A stretch of 16,390 nucleotides of DNA from Myxococcota bacterium (lineage in GTDB: Bacteria > Myxococcota_A > UBA9160 > UBA4427), in NCBI GenBank assembly GCA_036336835.1, contig JAYZFK010000012.1:1-16390 (forward strand), read 5' to 3'. Positions within the stretch are counted from its first letter, which is position 1; each line of letters begins with the position of its first letter. The notes below the pieces were generated by a model that saw only the letters and a list, made by a program, of their open reading frames with translations, did not search any database and was not told where the DNA came from. The translations under genes and the position numbers were made by a program. Shown here piece by piece: positions 7,986-16,390 of this stretch.

Positions 7986-8725
7986 GCGACGCGATCGACG
8001 CGCGAATCGCCGATCGGCTGTCGCGCATCCACGAGCGCATCGCAGGCGCCGCCCGGCGCGCCGGACGCAGCCCGGACGATGTGAGGCTGGTTGCCGTGTC
8101 GAAGCGGCAGCCCGTCGAGCGGATCGCCGCCGCGGTGCGCGCCGGCGTGAGGGATCTCGGCGAGAACCGCGTCCAGGAGGCGCGCGACAAGCGCGCCGCC
8201 GTGCTGGCCGCGATCGGCGACGCGGCCAGGCCGCGCTGGCATCTGGTCGGAAGTCTGCAGCGCAACAAGGCCGCCCTCGCAACGGAGCTGTTCGACAGCA
8301 TCGAGACCGTCGACCGCGAGAGCCTGGCCGCCTCGCTGGCACGGCACGCGCGCGAGGCCAGCCGCCGAGTGCCGGTGTTGCTACAGGTCAACATTTCCCG
8401 CGAGCCCCAGAAGGGAGGCGTCGCTCCGGAACGCGCCGCTGAGCTACTCGCAGCCTGCCGCGAGCACGACTCGCTCGCGTGGGTCGGCCTGATGGGCATT
8501 CCCGCCGCCAACCGCGATCCCGAGGCCTCGCGAGCCGCCTTCGCGCAGCTGCGGGCGCTGCGCGATACGCTCCAGGGGCAGCCCGGCGGCGACTCGCTCC
8601 GCGCGCTGTCGATGGGCATGTCAGGCGACTTCGAGGTGGCCATCGAGGAAGGCGCAACCTCGATCCGCGTGGGCACGGCGTTGTTCGGCGAGCGCGATGC
8701 GAGCCAGGAAGGACGGACACGGTGA
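7982..8725 (+). CDS. yggS: YggS/PLPBP family pyridoxal phosphate homeostasis protein
   Basis: 'LVAVSK' (PLP Lys), 'GENRVQE', 'WHLVGSLQRNK', 'VLLQVN', 'LSMGMSGDFEVAIEEGATSIRVGTALFG'. Confidence 0.97.
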   Translation: MSDAIDARIADRLSRIHERIAGAARRAGRSPDDVRLVAVSKRQPVERIAAAVRAGVRDLGENRVQEARDKRAAVLAAIGDAARPRWHLVGSLQRNKAALATELFDSIETVDRESLAASLARHAREASRRVPVLLQVNISREPQKGGVAPERAAELLAACREHDSLAWVGLMGIPAANRDPEASRAAFAQLRALRDTLQGQPGGDSLRALSMGMSGDFEVAIEEGATSIRVGTALFGERDASQEGRTR

Positions 8726-9549
8726 GTGATGCACTGCAGGACCTGAGGATCGGCTTCGTCGGCTGCGGCGCGATGGCAAGCGCGCTGGGCGGTGGGCTGC
8801 TCGCGGCGGGCATCGGCCGCGATCGACTTGCCGGCGCCGACCCCGATCCGGGCTGCCGCAAGTCTTTTGCCGAGCGCGTCGGCGCCCAGACGCGCGAGGA
8901 CAACGGAGGCCTGGTCGCCGACAGCGACCTGGTCGTGCTCGCGCTGAAGCCCGGCGTCGTCCCGCTGGCGCTCGACGCGCTGGCGGCGGAGCCCAATCTC
9001 GAGCGTCCGCTCTGGGTGTCGATCGCCGCTGGTGTGAGCATTGCCGACATCTCGGCTCGGCTGCCGGACGGTGCTCGCGTCGTGCGGGCAATGCCCAACA
9101 CGCCCGCGCTGGCACGCTGCGGCGCCACCGCGTTCACGGCCGACCGCAGGGCCACCACTGCAGATCGGGCTGCGGCGCGCGCACTGTTCGAGGCAGTCGG
9201 GTACGTCTGGGAGGCGCCGAATGAGCATCTGCTCGACGCGGTCACCGGGCTGTCGGGCAGCGGTCCCGCGTACGTCTTCCTGATCCTCGAGGCTCTGGGC
9301 GACGCCGGCGTCCGGGCCGGCCTGCCCCGCGACGCCGCCTACCAGCTGGCGTTCCACACCGTTCGCGGCGCTGCGCAGCTGGCGATCGATTCGGGGCGCC
9401 ACCCGGCGGCCCTCAAGGATCAAGTGACCTCGCCGGGAGGCACCACGATTGCCGGCCTCGAGCGGCTCGAGGCGGGCGGCGTGCGGGCCGCACTCCACCA
9501 GGCCGTGGCCGCGGCGACCCGTCGCTCGCGCGAGCTCGGGGGCCGCTGA
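8722..9549 (+). CDS. proC: Pyrroline-5-carboxylate reductase
   Basis: GTG 8722 overlaps the yggS stop. Motifs 'IGFVGCGAMA', 'SIAAG', 'RAMPNTP', 'TGLSGSGPAYVF' and 'VTSPGGTT'. Confidence 0.97.
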   Translation: MSDALQDLRIGFVGCGAMASALGGGLLAAGIGRDRLAGADPDPGCRKSFAERVGAQTREDNGGLVADSDLVVLALKPGVVPLALDALAAEPNLERPLWVSIAAGVSIADISARLPDGARVVRAMPNTPALARCGATAFTADRRATTADRAAARALFEAVGYVWEAPNEHLLDAVTGLSGSGPAYVFLILEALGDAGVRAGLPRDAAYQLAFHTVRGAAQLAIDSGRHPAALKDQVTSPGGTTIAGLERLEAGGVRAALHQAVAAATRRSRELGGR

Positions 9550-9571
9550 GCGGCGCGACGCGTCCAATCAC

Positions 9572-9597
9572 TCAAGCGCGGGCCCGCTTGCGCCGAT
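9572..9597 (+). promoter_or_regulatory. Possible sigma28 (FliA/WhiG)-type promoter upstream of divIVA
   Basis: TCAAG (9572-9576), N15, GCCGAT (9592-9597). RBS GGAGG at about 9642-9646. Confidence 0.35.
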
Positions 9598-9657
9598 CCC
9601 CTGCCTGAGCCCGAAGAGAAGCTGCGGCTTCGTGAGCGATCGGAGGATCTCGCGCGC

Positions 9658-10215
9658 ATGCGCATCAGCCCGCTGGACATCCAGAATCACAGGTTCCGCT
9701 CCAGCTGGAGGGGGTTCGATCCCGATGAGGTCGAGACCTTCCTCGGTGCCGTCGCGGAGGACTACGCTGCCCTGGTCCTGGATGCGGCCAGTCGCAGCGA
9801 CCAGACCCGCCGGCTCGAGGCCCGTCTGGAGGAGCTGACGCTCAACGAAGCGCTGCTCAAGGAAACCCTGGTCACCGCCCAGAACCTGGGCGACGAGCTG
9901 CGCAACACCGCCGAGCGGGAAGCTCGGATTCGCGTCAGCGAGGCCGAGGTGAAGGCTGAGAAGCTACTGGACGCCGCCCACCGCCGCGTCGGGCAGCTCG
10001 GCGAGCAGATCCGGGAGATGCAAGGCCTGCGCGCGCGCCTGGCTAGCGGCCTGCGCAGCACGCTCGAGACACAGCTGGCCCTGGTGGATGCGCTCGCGGG
10101 CGATCCCCGGACCGACCAGGCCCACAGCCAGGCCGAGACGCTCGAGGCCCACACGGGGAGCCAGAGCGATTGGCTCGAACCGCGCTCCCGCAAGGCGGGC
10201 TCGGAGAGCGACTGA
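9658..10215 (+). CDS. divIVA: DivIVA domain-containing coiled-coil protein
   Basis: N-terminus '[29 protein letters not shown]'; coiled coil 'LKETLVTAQ...AEREA'; yggS-proC-divIVA synteny. Confidence 0.93.
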   Translation: MRISPLDIQNHRFRSSWRGFDPDEVETFLGAVAEDYAALVLDAASRSDQTRRLEARLEELTLNEALLKETLVTAQNLGDELRNTAEREARIRVSEAEVKAEKLLDAAHRRVGQLGEQIREMQGLRARLASGLRSTLETQLALVDALAGDPRTDQAHSQAETLEAHTGSQSDWLEPRSRKAGSESD

Positions 10216-10277
10216 AGCCGCCAGGGGCTCGATCTGCACGGATCGATACCGGCTGGCGAGCACCGAAATGGTGGGTT

Positions 10278-10283
10278 TACAAT
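10278..10283 (+). promoter_or_regulatory. Putative -10 element (TACAAT) for the FmdB-family gene
   Basis: Near-consensus hexamer in an AT-enriched patch about 70 nt upstream of ATG 10355. No clear -35. Confidence 0.45.
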
Positions 10284-10354
10284 GCCGGTCCCCGCTTCCT
10301 CGCGGGGGCGCCACCCCCCCAGGGCCTCGTGCTTCGACCGCGGGAGACGACCGA

Positions 10355-10732
10355 ATGCCGATCTATGAGTACCTCTGCGCCAAATGCGAGCATGAGTTCG
10401 AACGCGAGCAGCGAATCACCGAGGATCCGGTCAAGACCTGCCCGAAGTGCCGCAGCCGGCGCGTCAAGCGCCTGATCTCGCAAACGTCGTTCGTCCTCAA
10501 GGGCAGCGGCTGGTATGCGGATGGCTACGGCAACAAGAAGGACTCGAAGGCCGACGATACCGGGGCTGACGCCAAGTCCTCGAACGAGTCCTCGAACGAG
10601 TCCAAGAGCGAGTCCAAGAGCGAGTCCAAGAACGAGTCCAAGAGCGAGTCCAAGAGCGATTCCAAGAGCGCGTCCGACGCCGAACCCAAGAACAAGAAGA
10701 AGTCCAAGAAGTCCGGCAAGGCGGCCGCCTGA
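10355..10732 (+). CDS. FmdB family zinc-ribbon protein with a low-complexity S/K/E tail
   Basis: True start is ATG 10355 with RBS GGGAG. '[16 protein letters not shown]...CPKC...[22 protein letters not shown]' matches the CxxC_CxxC_SSSS/FmdB pattern. Confidence 0.93.
   Translation: MPIYEYLCAKCEHEFEREQRITEDPVKTCPKCRSRRVKRLISQTSFVLKGSGWYADGYGNKKDSKADDTGADAKSSNESSNESKSESKSESKNESKSESKSDSKSASDAEPKNKKKSKKSGKAAA
10574..10669 (+). repeat. In-frame 12-bp tandem repeat, 8 copies (consensus GAGTCCAAGAGC = ESKS)
   Basis: Units: aagtcctcgaac, gagtcctcgaac, gagtccaagagc x2, gagtccaagaac, gagtccaagagc x2, gattccaagagc. Confidence 0.95.
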
Positions 10733-10758
10733 CGACGCGACCTCCTCTTCTGTGTCGT

Positions 10759-10764
10759 TATACT
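10759..10764 (+). promoter_or_regulatory. Putative -10 element (TATACT) for the folD-gcv operon
   Basis: Near-consensus hexamer about 30 nt upstream of the folD start; RBS GAGGGG at 10782-10787. Confidence 0.5.
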
Positions 10765-10792
10765 GGCGCCCTTCGTTTCATGAGGGGCGCGC

Positions 10793-11674
10793 GTGATGGA
10801 CCAGGCGAAGCCGGGCGAGATACAGACCCGTGTGGTCGACGGGCTCGGACTCGCCAGGACGATCCGCAAGGAGCTATCCGAGGCGATCGGCGCACTCGTG
10901 GCAAGCGGGCACCGCGCCCCGTGTCTCGCGGTCGTTCTCGTTGGTGACGATCCGGGCAGCAAGTCGTACATCAAGGGCAAGCAGCGCGCGTGCGCAGCCA
11001 TCGGCATGGACTCGGTCGAGCACCTGCTGCCCGGCGACACCCCGGCCGCACAGTTGCTCGAGCTGATTGGCCGGCTCAACTCCGACGACGCCATCGACGG
11101 CATCCTCGTACAGCTGCCGCTACCGAAGCAGATCGATCCTGCAGTCGTCGCCGAGGCGATCGACCCGGCAAAGGACGCCGACGCGCTCCATCCAACGACC
11201 GCCGGCCGGATGCTCAAGGGCACGGCCGACCTCGTGTCCTGCACGCCGCTCGGCATCCTCGCGGTGCTCGATCATTACGAGGTCGAGCTCGAAGGCGCGA
11301 ACGCCGTCGTGATCGGCCGCAGCGAGATCGTCGGCAAGCCGGTCTCCCTGCTGCTCCAACAGCGCAACGCCACGGTCACGATGTGCCACTCGCGAACCCG
11401 CGACCTGCCGGCCGTGTGCCGTACTGCGGACGTGCTGATCGCTGCCGCCGGCAACCCGCAGCTGGTCAAGGCCGACTGGATCAAGCCGGGCGCCGCGGTG
11501 ATGGACGTCGGGGTCACCGAGGTCGACGGCACGCTGGTCGGCGATGTCGACTTCGAGGCGGCTCAAGGGATCGCCGGAATCATCACGCCGTCACGACGCG
11601 GCATCGGACCGATGACGATCACCATGCTGCTCCGCAACACGCTGCGCGCGTATCGAACGCGCAAGGGTGTCTGA
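10793..11674 (+). CDS. folD: Bifunctional methylenetetrahydrofolate dehydrogenase/cyclohydrolase (start may be ATG 10796)
   Basis: 'LAVVLVGDDPGSKSYIKGK', 'DGILVQLPLP', 'CTPLG', 'GRSEIVGKP', 'ATVTMCHSRT', 'LVGDVDF', 'GPMTITML'. Confidence 0.95.
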   Translation: MMDQAKPGEIQTRVVDGLGLARTIRKELSEAIGALVASGHRAPCLAVVLVGDDPGSKSYIKGKQRACAAIGMDSVEHLLPGDTPAAQLLELIGRLNSDDAIDGILVQLPLPKQIDPAVVAEAIDPAKDADALHPTTAGRMLKGTADLVSCTPLGILAVLDHYEVELEGANAVVIGRSEIVGKPVSLLLQQRNATVTMCHSRTRDLPAVCRTADVLIAAAGNPQLVKADWIKPGAAVMDVGVTEVDGTLVGDVDFEAAQGIAGIITPSRRGIGPMTITMLLRNTLRAYRTRKGV

Positions 11675-11680
11675 TCGCCG

Positions 11681-12784
11681 ATGGCCCTGCGCCGCACTCC
11701 CTGCTACGAGAGCCACAAGCAGCTAGGCGCGCGCCTGGTCGACTTCGCCGGCTTCGAAATGCCCGTCCAATACACATCGATCAAGCAGGAGCACGCAGCG
11801 GTGCGCGAGCGCGCCGGCGTGTTCGATGTGTCGCACATGGGACAGATCCACTTCTCCGGTCCCAAGGCCCTCGAAACTGTCGAGCGGCTGGTGACCTGTC
11901 CGGTCGCGTCACTCAAGAATCAGGGCGTCCGCTACGGGATGCTGTGCAACGAACGCGGCGGGATCGTCGACGACGTCACGGTCTACCGCGTCGCCGACGA
12001 CGTCTTGTTCCTGTGCGTGAATGCAGCGAACATCGAGAAGGATCTCGCCTGGATCCGGCAGCATGCGCCGCCTGAGGCCGGCGTCCAAGACCGCAGTGCG
12101 GAGACCGGCCTGATCGCGCTTCAGGGCCCGCTGTCGGCGTCGCTACTCGCCGAGGTAGGCGCACCGCGCGCGGCAGAACTCGGGCGCTTCTCGTTCGCCA
12201 CCGCGTTGGTGCACAGCATGGAGTCACTGATCTCGCGCACTGGCTATACCGGTTCGGACGGTTTCGAGATCTACGTCGGTGCGGGCAGCTGCCAGCGCGT
12301 CTTCCGCGCGCTGTTGGCAGCGGGCGAGCGGATCGAGGGCGGCGGGGCGATCCCGTGCGGACTCGGAGCGCGCGACACGCTCCGGCTGGAGGCAGCACTG
12401 CCGCTCTACGGCCACGAACTCGACGACGAGACCTCGCCGCTCGTGGCGGGCCTCGCGCGCTTCGTCAAGCGCGAGCAGGGAGGCTTCCTCGGGGCCGAGG
12501 CCATCGAGCAGCGCGCCGCACACGGACACGATCGGCGACTGGTGGGCTTCGAGCTCAGCGAGCGCGGTGTCGCCCGCGATGGCTACCCGATCCTGGTCGA
12601 CGGCGAGCCCTGCGGCCGGGTCACGTCCGGCGCGCCGTCGCCGACACTCGACAAGTCGATCGGCCTCGGGTATCTGCCGATCGAGCACGCCGAAATCGGC
12701 AAGACGATCGCAATCGAGATCCGCGGGAAGTCTGTCGCTGCCCGCATCGTCGACACCCCCTTCGTCCGAGCGCGAAAACGCTGA
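11681..12784 (+). CDS. gcvT: Glycine cleavage system aminomethyltransferase T
   Basis: 'LVDFAGFEMPVQY', 'FDVSHMG', 'GGIVDD', 'SRTGYTGSDGFEI', 'GLGARDTLRLEA', 'GRVTSG..SPTL'. Confidence 0.97.
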   Translation: MALRRTPCYESHKQLGARLVDFAGFEMPVQYTSIKQEHAAVRERAGVFDVSHMGQIHFSGPKALETVERLVTCPVASLKNQGVRYGMLCNERGGIVDDVTVYRVADDVLFLCVNAANIEKDLAWIRQHAPPEAGVQDRSAETGLIALQGPLSASLLAEVGAPRAAELGRFSFATALVHSMESLISRTGYTGSDGFEIYVGAGSCQRVFRALLAAGERIEGGGAIPCGLGARDTLRLEAALPLYGHELDDETSPLVAGLARFVKREQGGFLGAEAIEQRAAHGHDRRLVGFELSERGVARDGYPILVDGEPCGRVTSGAPSPTLDKSIGLGYLPIEHAEIGKTIAIEIRGKSVAARIVDTPFVRARKR

Positions 12785-12804
12785 GCACTACACAAGGAAT
12801 GGAC

Positions 12805-13203
12805 ATGGCCGAATTCGAGCTTCCCGAGGAGTGCTTCTACACGCGCGAGGACGAGTGGGTTCGACACGACGGAACCGTCGCCTACCTCGGCGTCACCGAC
12901 TACGCCCAGGACCAGCTGGGGGATATCGTCTTCGTCGAGCTCCCGGAGGTCGGCGCCACCCTGTCGCAGGGCGAGCCATTCGGCGTCATCGAGTCGGTGA
13001 AGGCCGTCTCCGATCTGTACGCCCCGCTCTCGGGCGAGGTGGTAGAGGTCAACGGCGACCTGGCCGACGCCCCCGAGACGATCAACGAGTCGTGCTACGG
13101 CGACGGCTGGCTGCTCGCGGTCACGCCGTCCGATGCGGGCGAACTCGATACCCTGATGAATGCGCCCGACTACGCGCAATACATCAAGGAACGCCAGGAT
13201 TGA
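12805..13203 (+). CDS. gcvH: Glycine cleavage system H protein
   Basis: ATG 12805 after RBS AAGGA (alternative ATG 12799). 'GVTDYAQDQLGDIVFVELP', lipoyl-Lys motif 'IESVKAVSDLYAP', 'YGDGW'. Confidence 0.97.
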   Translation: MAEFELPEECFYTREDEWVRHDGTVAYLGVTDYAQDQLGDIVFVELPEVGATLSQGEPFGVIESVKAVSDLYAPLSGEVVEVNGDLADAPETINESCYGDGWLLAVTPSDAGELDTLMNAPDYAQYIKERQD

Positions 13204-14555
13204 GCCACCGTTTCATCCCGCACACCGAGGCCGACGTCCGGCAGATGCTGGACGCGATCGACGTCGCCAGCATCGCAGCCTTGTTCGAATCCATCCCGGA
13301 CAAGCACCGGCGCGACGGGCCGCTCGACCTGCCGGCAGCGGCCTCCGAGCAGGAGGTCTCGAGCGAGATCGCCCGCCTCGCGGCGAAGAACGCCAGCCTC
13401 GAGACGCACGACTGGTTCCTCGGCGCCGGTACCTACGCGCACTTCGTGCCGAGCGCGGTCGACGCACTCGTCTCGCGTGCCGAGTTCACGACGGCCTACA
13501 CGCCGTATCAGCCCGAGATCAGCCAGGGAACGCTGCAGACGATCTTCGAGTGGCAAACGATGATCGCCTCGCTCACCGGCGTCGACGTCGCCAACGCATC
13601 GCTGTACGACGGCGCTTCGGCCACGGCGGAAGCCGCGCTGATGGCGCTCCGGATCACGCGTCGGCGCAAGGTCGTGGTCAGCACCGGGCTCCATCCGCAC
13701 TATCTTCAGGTGCTCGAGACCTACCTCGCCGGGCTGGACGCGCAAATCGAGACCCAGCCGCTGGACGTCTCGGGAATCACCGCGGATGCCACCGCTTCGA
13801 TCGACGCCGACACCGCTTGCATCCTCGTGCAGCAGCCGAACTTCCTGGGCAGCATCGAGGACCTGCGCCCCTTTGCCGAGGCAGCGCACCGGGCGGGCGC
13901 ACTGCTGGTCACGACGGTCACCGAGGCGCTGTCGCTCGCCCTGCTGACCGCGCCCGGCGCGCTGGGCGCCGATATCGTCTGCGGTGAGGCCCAGAGCTTC
14001 GGGGTACCGATGAGCTTCGGGGGCCCGCACCTGGGCTTCCTGGCCACCCGCACAGCGCGCGTGCGTCAGATGCCCGGCCGGCTCGTCGGCGAGACCGTGG
14101 ACGCCCACACTCGGCGCGGCTACGTGCTCACACTCTCGACGCGCGAGCAGCACATCCGGCGCGAGCGGGCGACCAGCAACATCTGCACCAACCAGGGCCT
14201 GTGCCTGACCATGGCCACGATCTATCTCGCGCTGATGGGGCGACGCGGACTTCGCGAACTCGCCGAGCACAACCTGGCCAAGGCCGAGTACGCCCGGAGC
14301 CGCGTCCGCGAGACCCCCGGGGTCGAACTCGCCTACTCGGCTCCCAGCTTCAACGAGTTCTGCGTGCGTGTGCCCGACACCTCCGAGCGCGCACTCGAAC
14401 GCGCACTCGACGCCGACTGCGTCGGGGGGCTCGACCTGACCGGCCGCGTCCGCGACATGGACCAGACCGTGCTCGTCTGCACCACCGAACTCACCAGCCG
14501 CGAGGCAATCGACCGCCTCGTCGCCGCGCTCGCTAACCAGGGAGTCGTGCGATGA
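13200..14555 (+). CDS. gcvPA: Glycine dehydrogenase (decarboxylating) subunit 1
   Basis: Probable TTG start at 13200 overlapping the gcvH stop (LSHRFIPHT). 'FLGAG', 'TAYTPYQPEISQGTLQ', 'NASLYDG', 'FGGP', 'TREQHIRRERATSNICTNQ'. Confidence 0.96.
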   Translation: MSHRFIPHTEADVRQMLDAIDVASIAALFESIPDKHRRDGPLDLPAAASEQEVSSEIARLAAKNASLETHDWFLGAGTYAHFVPSAVDALVSRAEFTTAYTPYQPEISQGTLQTIFEWQTMIASLTGVDVANASLYDGASATAEAALMALRITRRRKVVVSTGLHPHYLQVLETYLAGLDAQIETQPLDVSGITADATASIDADTACILVQQPNFLGSIEDLRPFAEAAHRAGALLVTTVTEALSLALLTAPGALGADIVCGEAQSFGVPMSFGGPHLGFLATRTARVRQMPGRLVGETVDAHTRRGYVLTLSTREQHIRRERATSNICTNQGLCLTMATIYLALMGRRGLRELAEHNLAKAEYARSRVRETPGVELAYSAPSFNEFCVRVPDTSERALERALDADCVGGLDLTGRVRDMDQTVLVCTTELTSREAIDRLVAALANQGVVR

Positions 14556-16087
14556 GCCCCGCCCCCGACCGCGCGCAGCCCTGCTTCGATAACGTCGCCG
14601 GCGGCACGAGCTACGAGGAGCCGCTGCTCTTCGAGCTTTCGCGCGACGGCCGGGCCGGCTACCAGCTCCAGCCGCTCGACGTACCCGCGGTCGATGCGAC
14701 CGAGACCCTCGGAGCAGACCGCGTGCGCGGCGATCGTCTCGACCTGCCCGAGCTGTCGGAGGTCGAGGTGGTCAGGCACTTCACACGGCTCTCCACCTGG
14801 AATGCCGCGGTCGACATCGGGATGTACCCGCTCGGATCGTGCACGATGAAGTACAACCCGAAGCTGAACGAGCGCGCCGCGCGACTACCGGGCTTCGCGC
14901 ACGGTCACCCGCTCCAGCCCACCGAGTTGTCGCAGGGCTTCCTCGAGCTCGCATGGACCCTCGAACGCCAGCTCGCGGAAATCAGCGGCATGGATCGCGT
15001 GAGCCTGCAGCCGGCCGCCGGCGCCCAGGGCGAGCTCGCCGGCATCATGATGATCCGGGCCTATCACGAGAAACGCGGCGAGGGGCGGAGCAAGGTCCTG
15101 ATCCCCGACACGGCCCACGGGACCAACCCCGCCAGTGCCGCGCTCAACCGCTACGACGTGGTCGAAGTACCGTCGGGCGCCGACGGAGTGCTGCACCCGG
15201 AAGCCGTCGGAGCCGCGATGGACGACGGCGTCGCCGCGATCATGATCACCAACCCCAATACGCTCGGATTGTTCGAGCCTCACATCGCGCGCATCTGCGA
15301 GATCGTCCACCAGGGCGGCGGGCTCGTGTACGGCGACGGCGCGAACCTCAACGCGACCCTCGGCATCACACGCCCCGGCGATCTCGGGATCGACGTGATG
15401 CACTTCAACCTGCACAAGACGTTCTCGACGCCACACGGCGGCGGCGGCCCGGGCGCCGGGCCGGTCGGTGTCAAGAACATCCTCGCCCCCTATCTGCCGA
15501 CGCCGCTGATCGTGCGCGACGAGCGGGACGGCGAGGTGGGCTTCCGGCTCGACGAGGAACTCCCACGCACGATCGGACGGCTGCACGGCAACTTCGGCAA
15601 CGTCGGCATGTTCGTGCGCGCCTACTGCTACATTCGCAGCCTGGGGCCCGACGGCCTGCGCCGCTGCGCGGAGATCTCGGTACTGAACGCAAACTACGTG
15701 CTCGCCAGACTGCGCGGCGTCTATCATGTGCCCTACGACGAGCCGGTGATGCACGAGTGCGTACTGTCGGATCGCAACCTGCACGCGACGGGCGTGACGA
15801 CGCTCGACATCAGCAAGCGACTGATCGACTACGGCTACCACCCGCCCACGACGTACTTTCCGCTGATCGTTCCGGGCGCATTGATGATCGAGCCGACCGA
15901 AAGCGAGAGCCTCGAGGGACTCGACCGCTTCATCGACACGATGCTGACGATCGAACGCGAGGCGCGTGAGGATCCCGAGCTCCTCAAGGAAGCACCCCAC
16001 CGCACCCGCCACGCGCGGCTCGACGAGACGCGCGCCGCGCGCCACCCCGTTCTGCGCTGGCAGCCGGCCAGCCAGCAGGATCGATAG
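14552..16087 (+). CDS. gcvPB: Glycine dehydrogenase (decarboxylating) subunit 2
   Basis: 'YPLGSCTMKYNPK', 'QPAAGAQGE', 'AHGTNPASA', PLP-Lys motif 'HFNLHKTFSTPHGGGGPG', 'MIEPTESE'. Confidence 0.97.
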   Translation: MSPAPDRAQPCFDNVAGGTSYEEPLLFELSRDGRAGYQLQPLDVPAVDATETLGADRVRGDRLDLPELSEVEVVRHFTRLSTWNAAVDIGMYPLGSCTMKYNPKLNERAARLPGFAHGHPLQPTELSQGFLELAWTLERQLAEISGMDRVSLQPAAGAQGELAGIMMIRAYHEKRGEGRSKVLIPDTAHGTNPASAALNRYDVVEVPSGADGVLHPEAVGAAMDDGVAAIMITNPNTLGLFEPHIARICEIVHQGGGLVYGDGANLNATLGITRPGDLGIDVMHFNLHKTFSTPHGGGGPGAGPVGVKNILAPYLPTPLIVRDERDGEVGFRLDEELPRTIGRLHGNFGNVGMFVRAYCYIRSLGPDGLRRCAEISVLNANYVLARLRGVYHVPYDEPVMHECVLSDRNLHATGVTTLDISKRLIDYGYHPPTTYFPLIVPGALMIEPTESESLEGLDRFIDTMLTIEREAREDPELLKEAPHRTRHARLDETRAARHPVLRWQPASQQDR

Positions 16088-16094
16088 CGGCCTG

Positions 16095-16388
16095 CTAACG
16101 ACCCCGCAGGCGCTGGCGAGCGATGTCGGCGAGCGCTCCCCTGGGCTCGATCTGGAGGTAGCGGCGCCAGTGCTCTCGACCCTCTGCGGACCGTCCCAGC
16201 TTCTCGTACAGCAGCGCCAGATTGATGTGAAGATCCGCGCAGAGCGGATCGCCGCGCAGCGCGGCCAGATAGTGGACGAGCGCCGCTTCGGACCCACCCC
16301 CATCGTCGAGCTGGTTCGCCAGATTGAAATGCCCTTCGACGTGAAACGACTGCAGCTCCAGACAGCGCTCGAAGCAGCGGCGTGCCTC
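16095..16388 (-). CDS. 3' end of a tetratricopeptide repeat protein (truncated by the window; not in the ORF track)
   Basis: Manual translation: EARRCFERCLELQSFHVEGHFNLANQLDDGGGSEAALVHYLAALRGDPLCADLHINLALLYEKLGRSAEGREHWRRYLQIEPRGALADIARQRLRGR*, with TPR periodicity. TAG at 16097-16095. Confidence 0.85.
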   Translation of the reverse strand, partial: EARRCFERCLELQSFHVEGHFNLANQLDDGGGSEAALVHYLAALRGDPLCADLHINLALLYEKLGRSAEGREHWRRYLQIEPRGALADIARQRLRGR

Positions 16389-16390
16389 CG

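Noticed and set aside
10216..10354. 6S RNA, tRNA or other ncRNA in the divIVA-FmdB gap
   Set aside because: No tRNA cloverleaf or T-loop, and too short for 6S once the promoter and RBS are accounted for.
10574..10669. Tandem repeat considered as a CRISPR array
   Set aside because: 12-bp units with no spacers, in frame within a CDS, and no cas genes.
10733..10792. Glycine, THF or ZTP riboswitch upstream of folD-gcv
   Set aside because: The gap is only 60 nt with the -10 element in the middle, and no aptamer consensus is recognisable.

Overview
High-GC bacterial chromosomal window. Gene content and order suggest a Myxococcota/deltaproteobacteria-like organism (inference). It is densely coding and mostly housekeeping. 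In order: 3' end of a hypothetical protein; RimJ-like GNAT, preceded by a probable 25-aa leaderless upstream ORF; a rubrerythrin / Fe-S oxidoreductase / DUF3501 oxidative-stress triad; an opposite-strand lipoprotein-mlaE-mlaF-mlaD operon; maf-yggS-proC; divIVA; an FmdB-type zinc-ribbon protein with a 12-bp tandem repeat; folD-gcvT-gcvH-gcvPA-gcvPB; and the 3' end of a convergent TPR protein. I found no mobile element gene, CRISPR array, rRNA or tRNA. No clearly new multi-gene system is evident. The best leads are a DUF3501 protein fused to an apparently catalytically dead HIT-like domain, the upstream ORF coupled to the GNAT, a CTAG-bounded 22-bp hairpin inside the rubrerythrin operon, an uncharacterised lipoprotein heading mlaEFD, and a FolD with altered conserved motifs.
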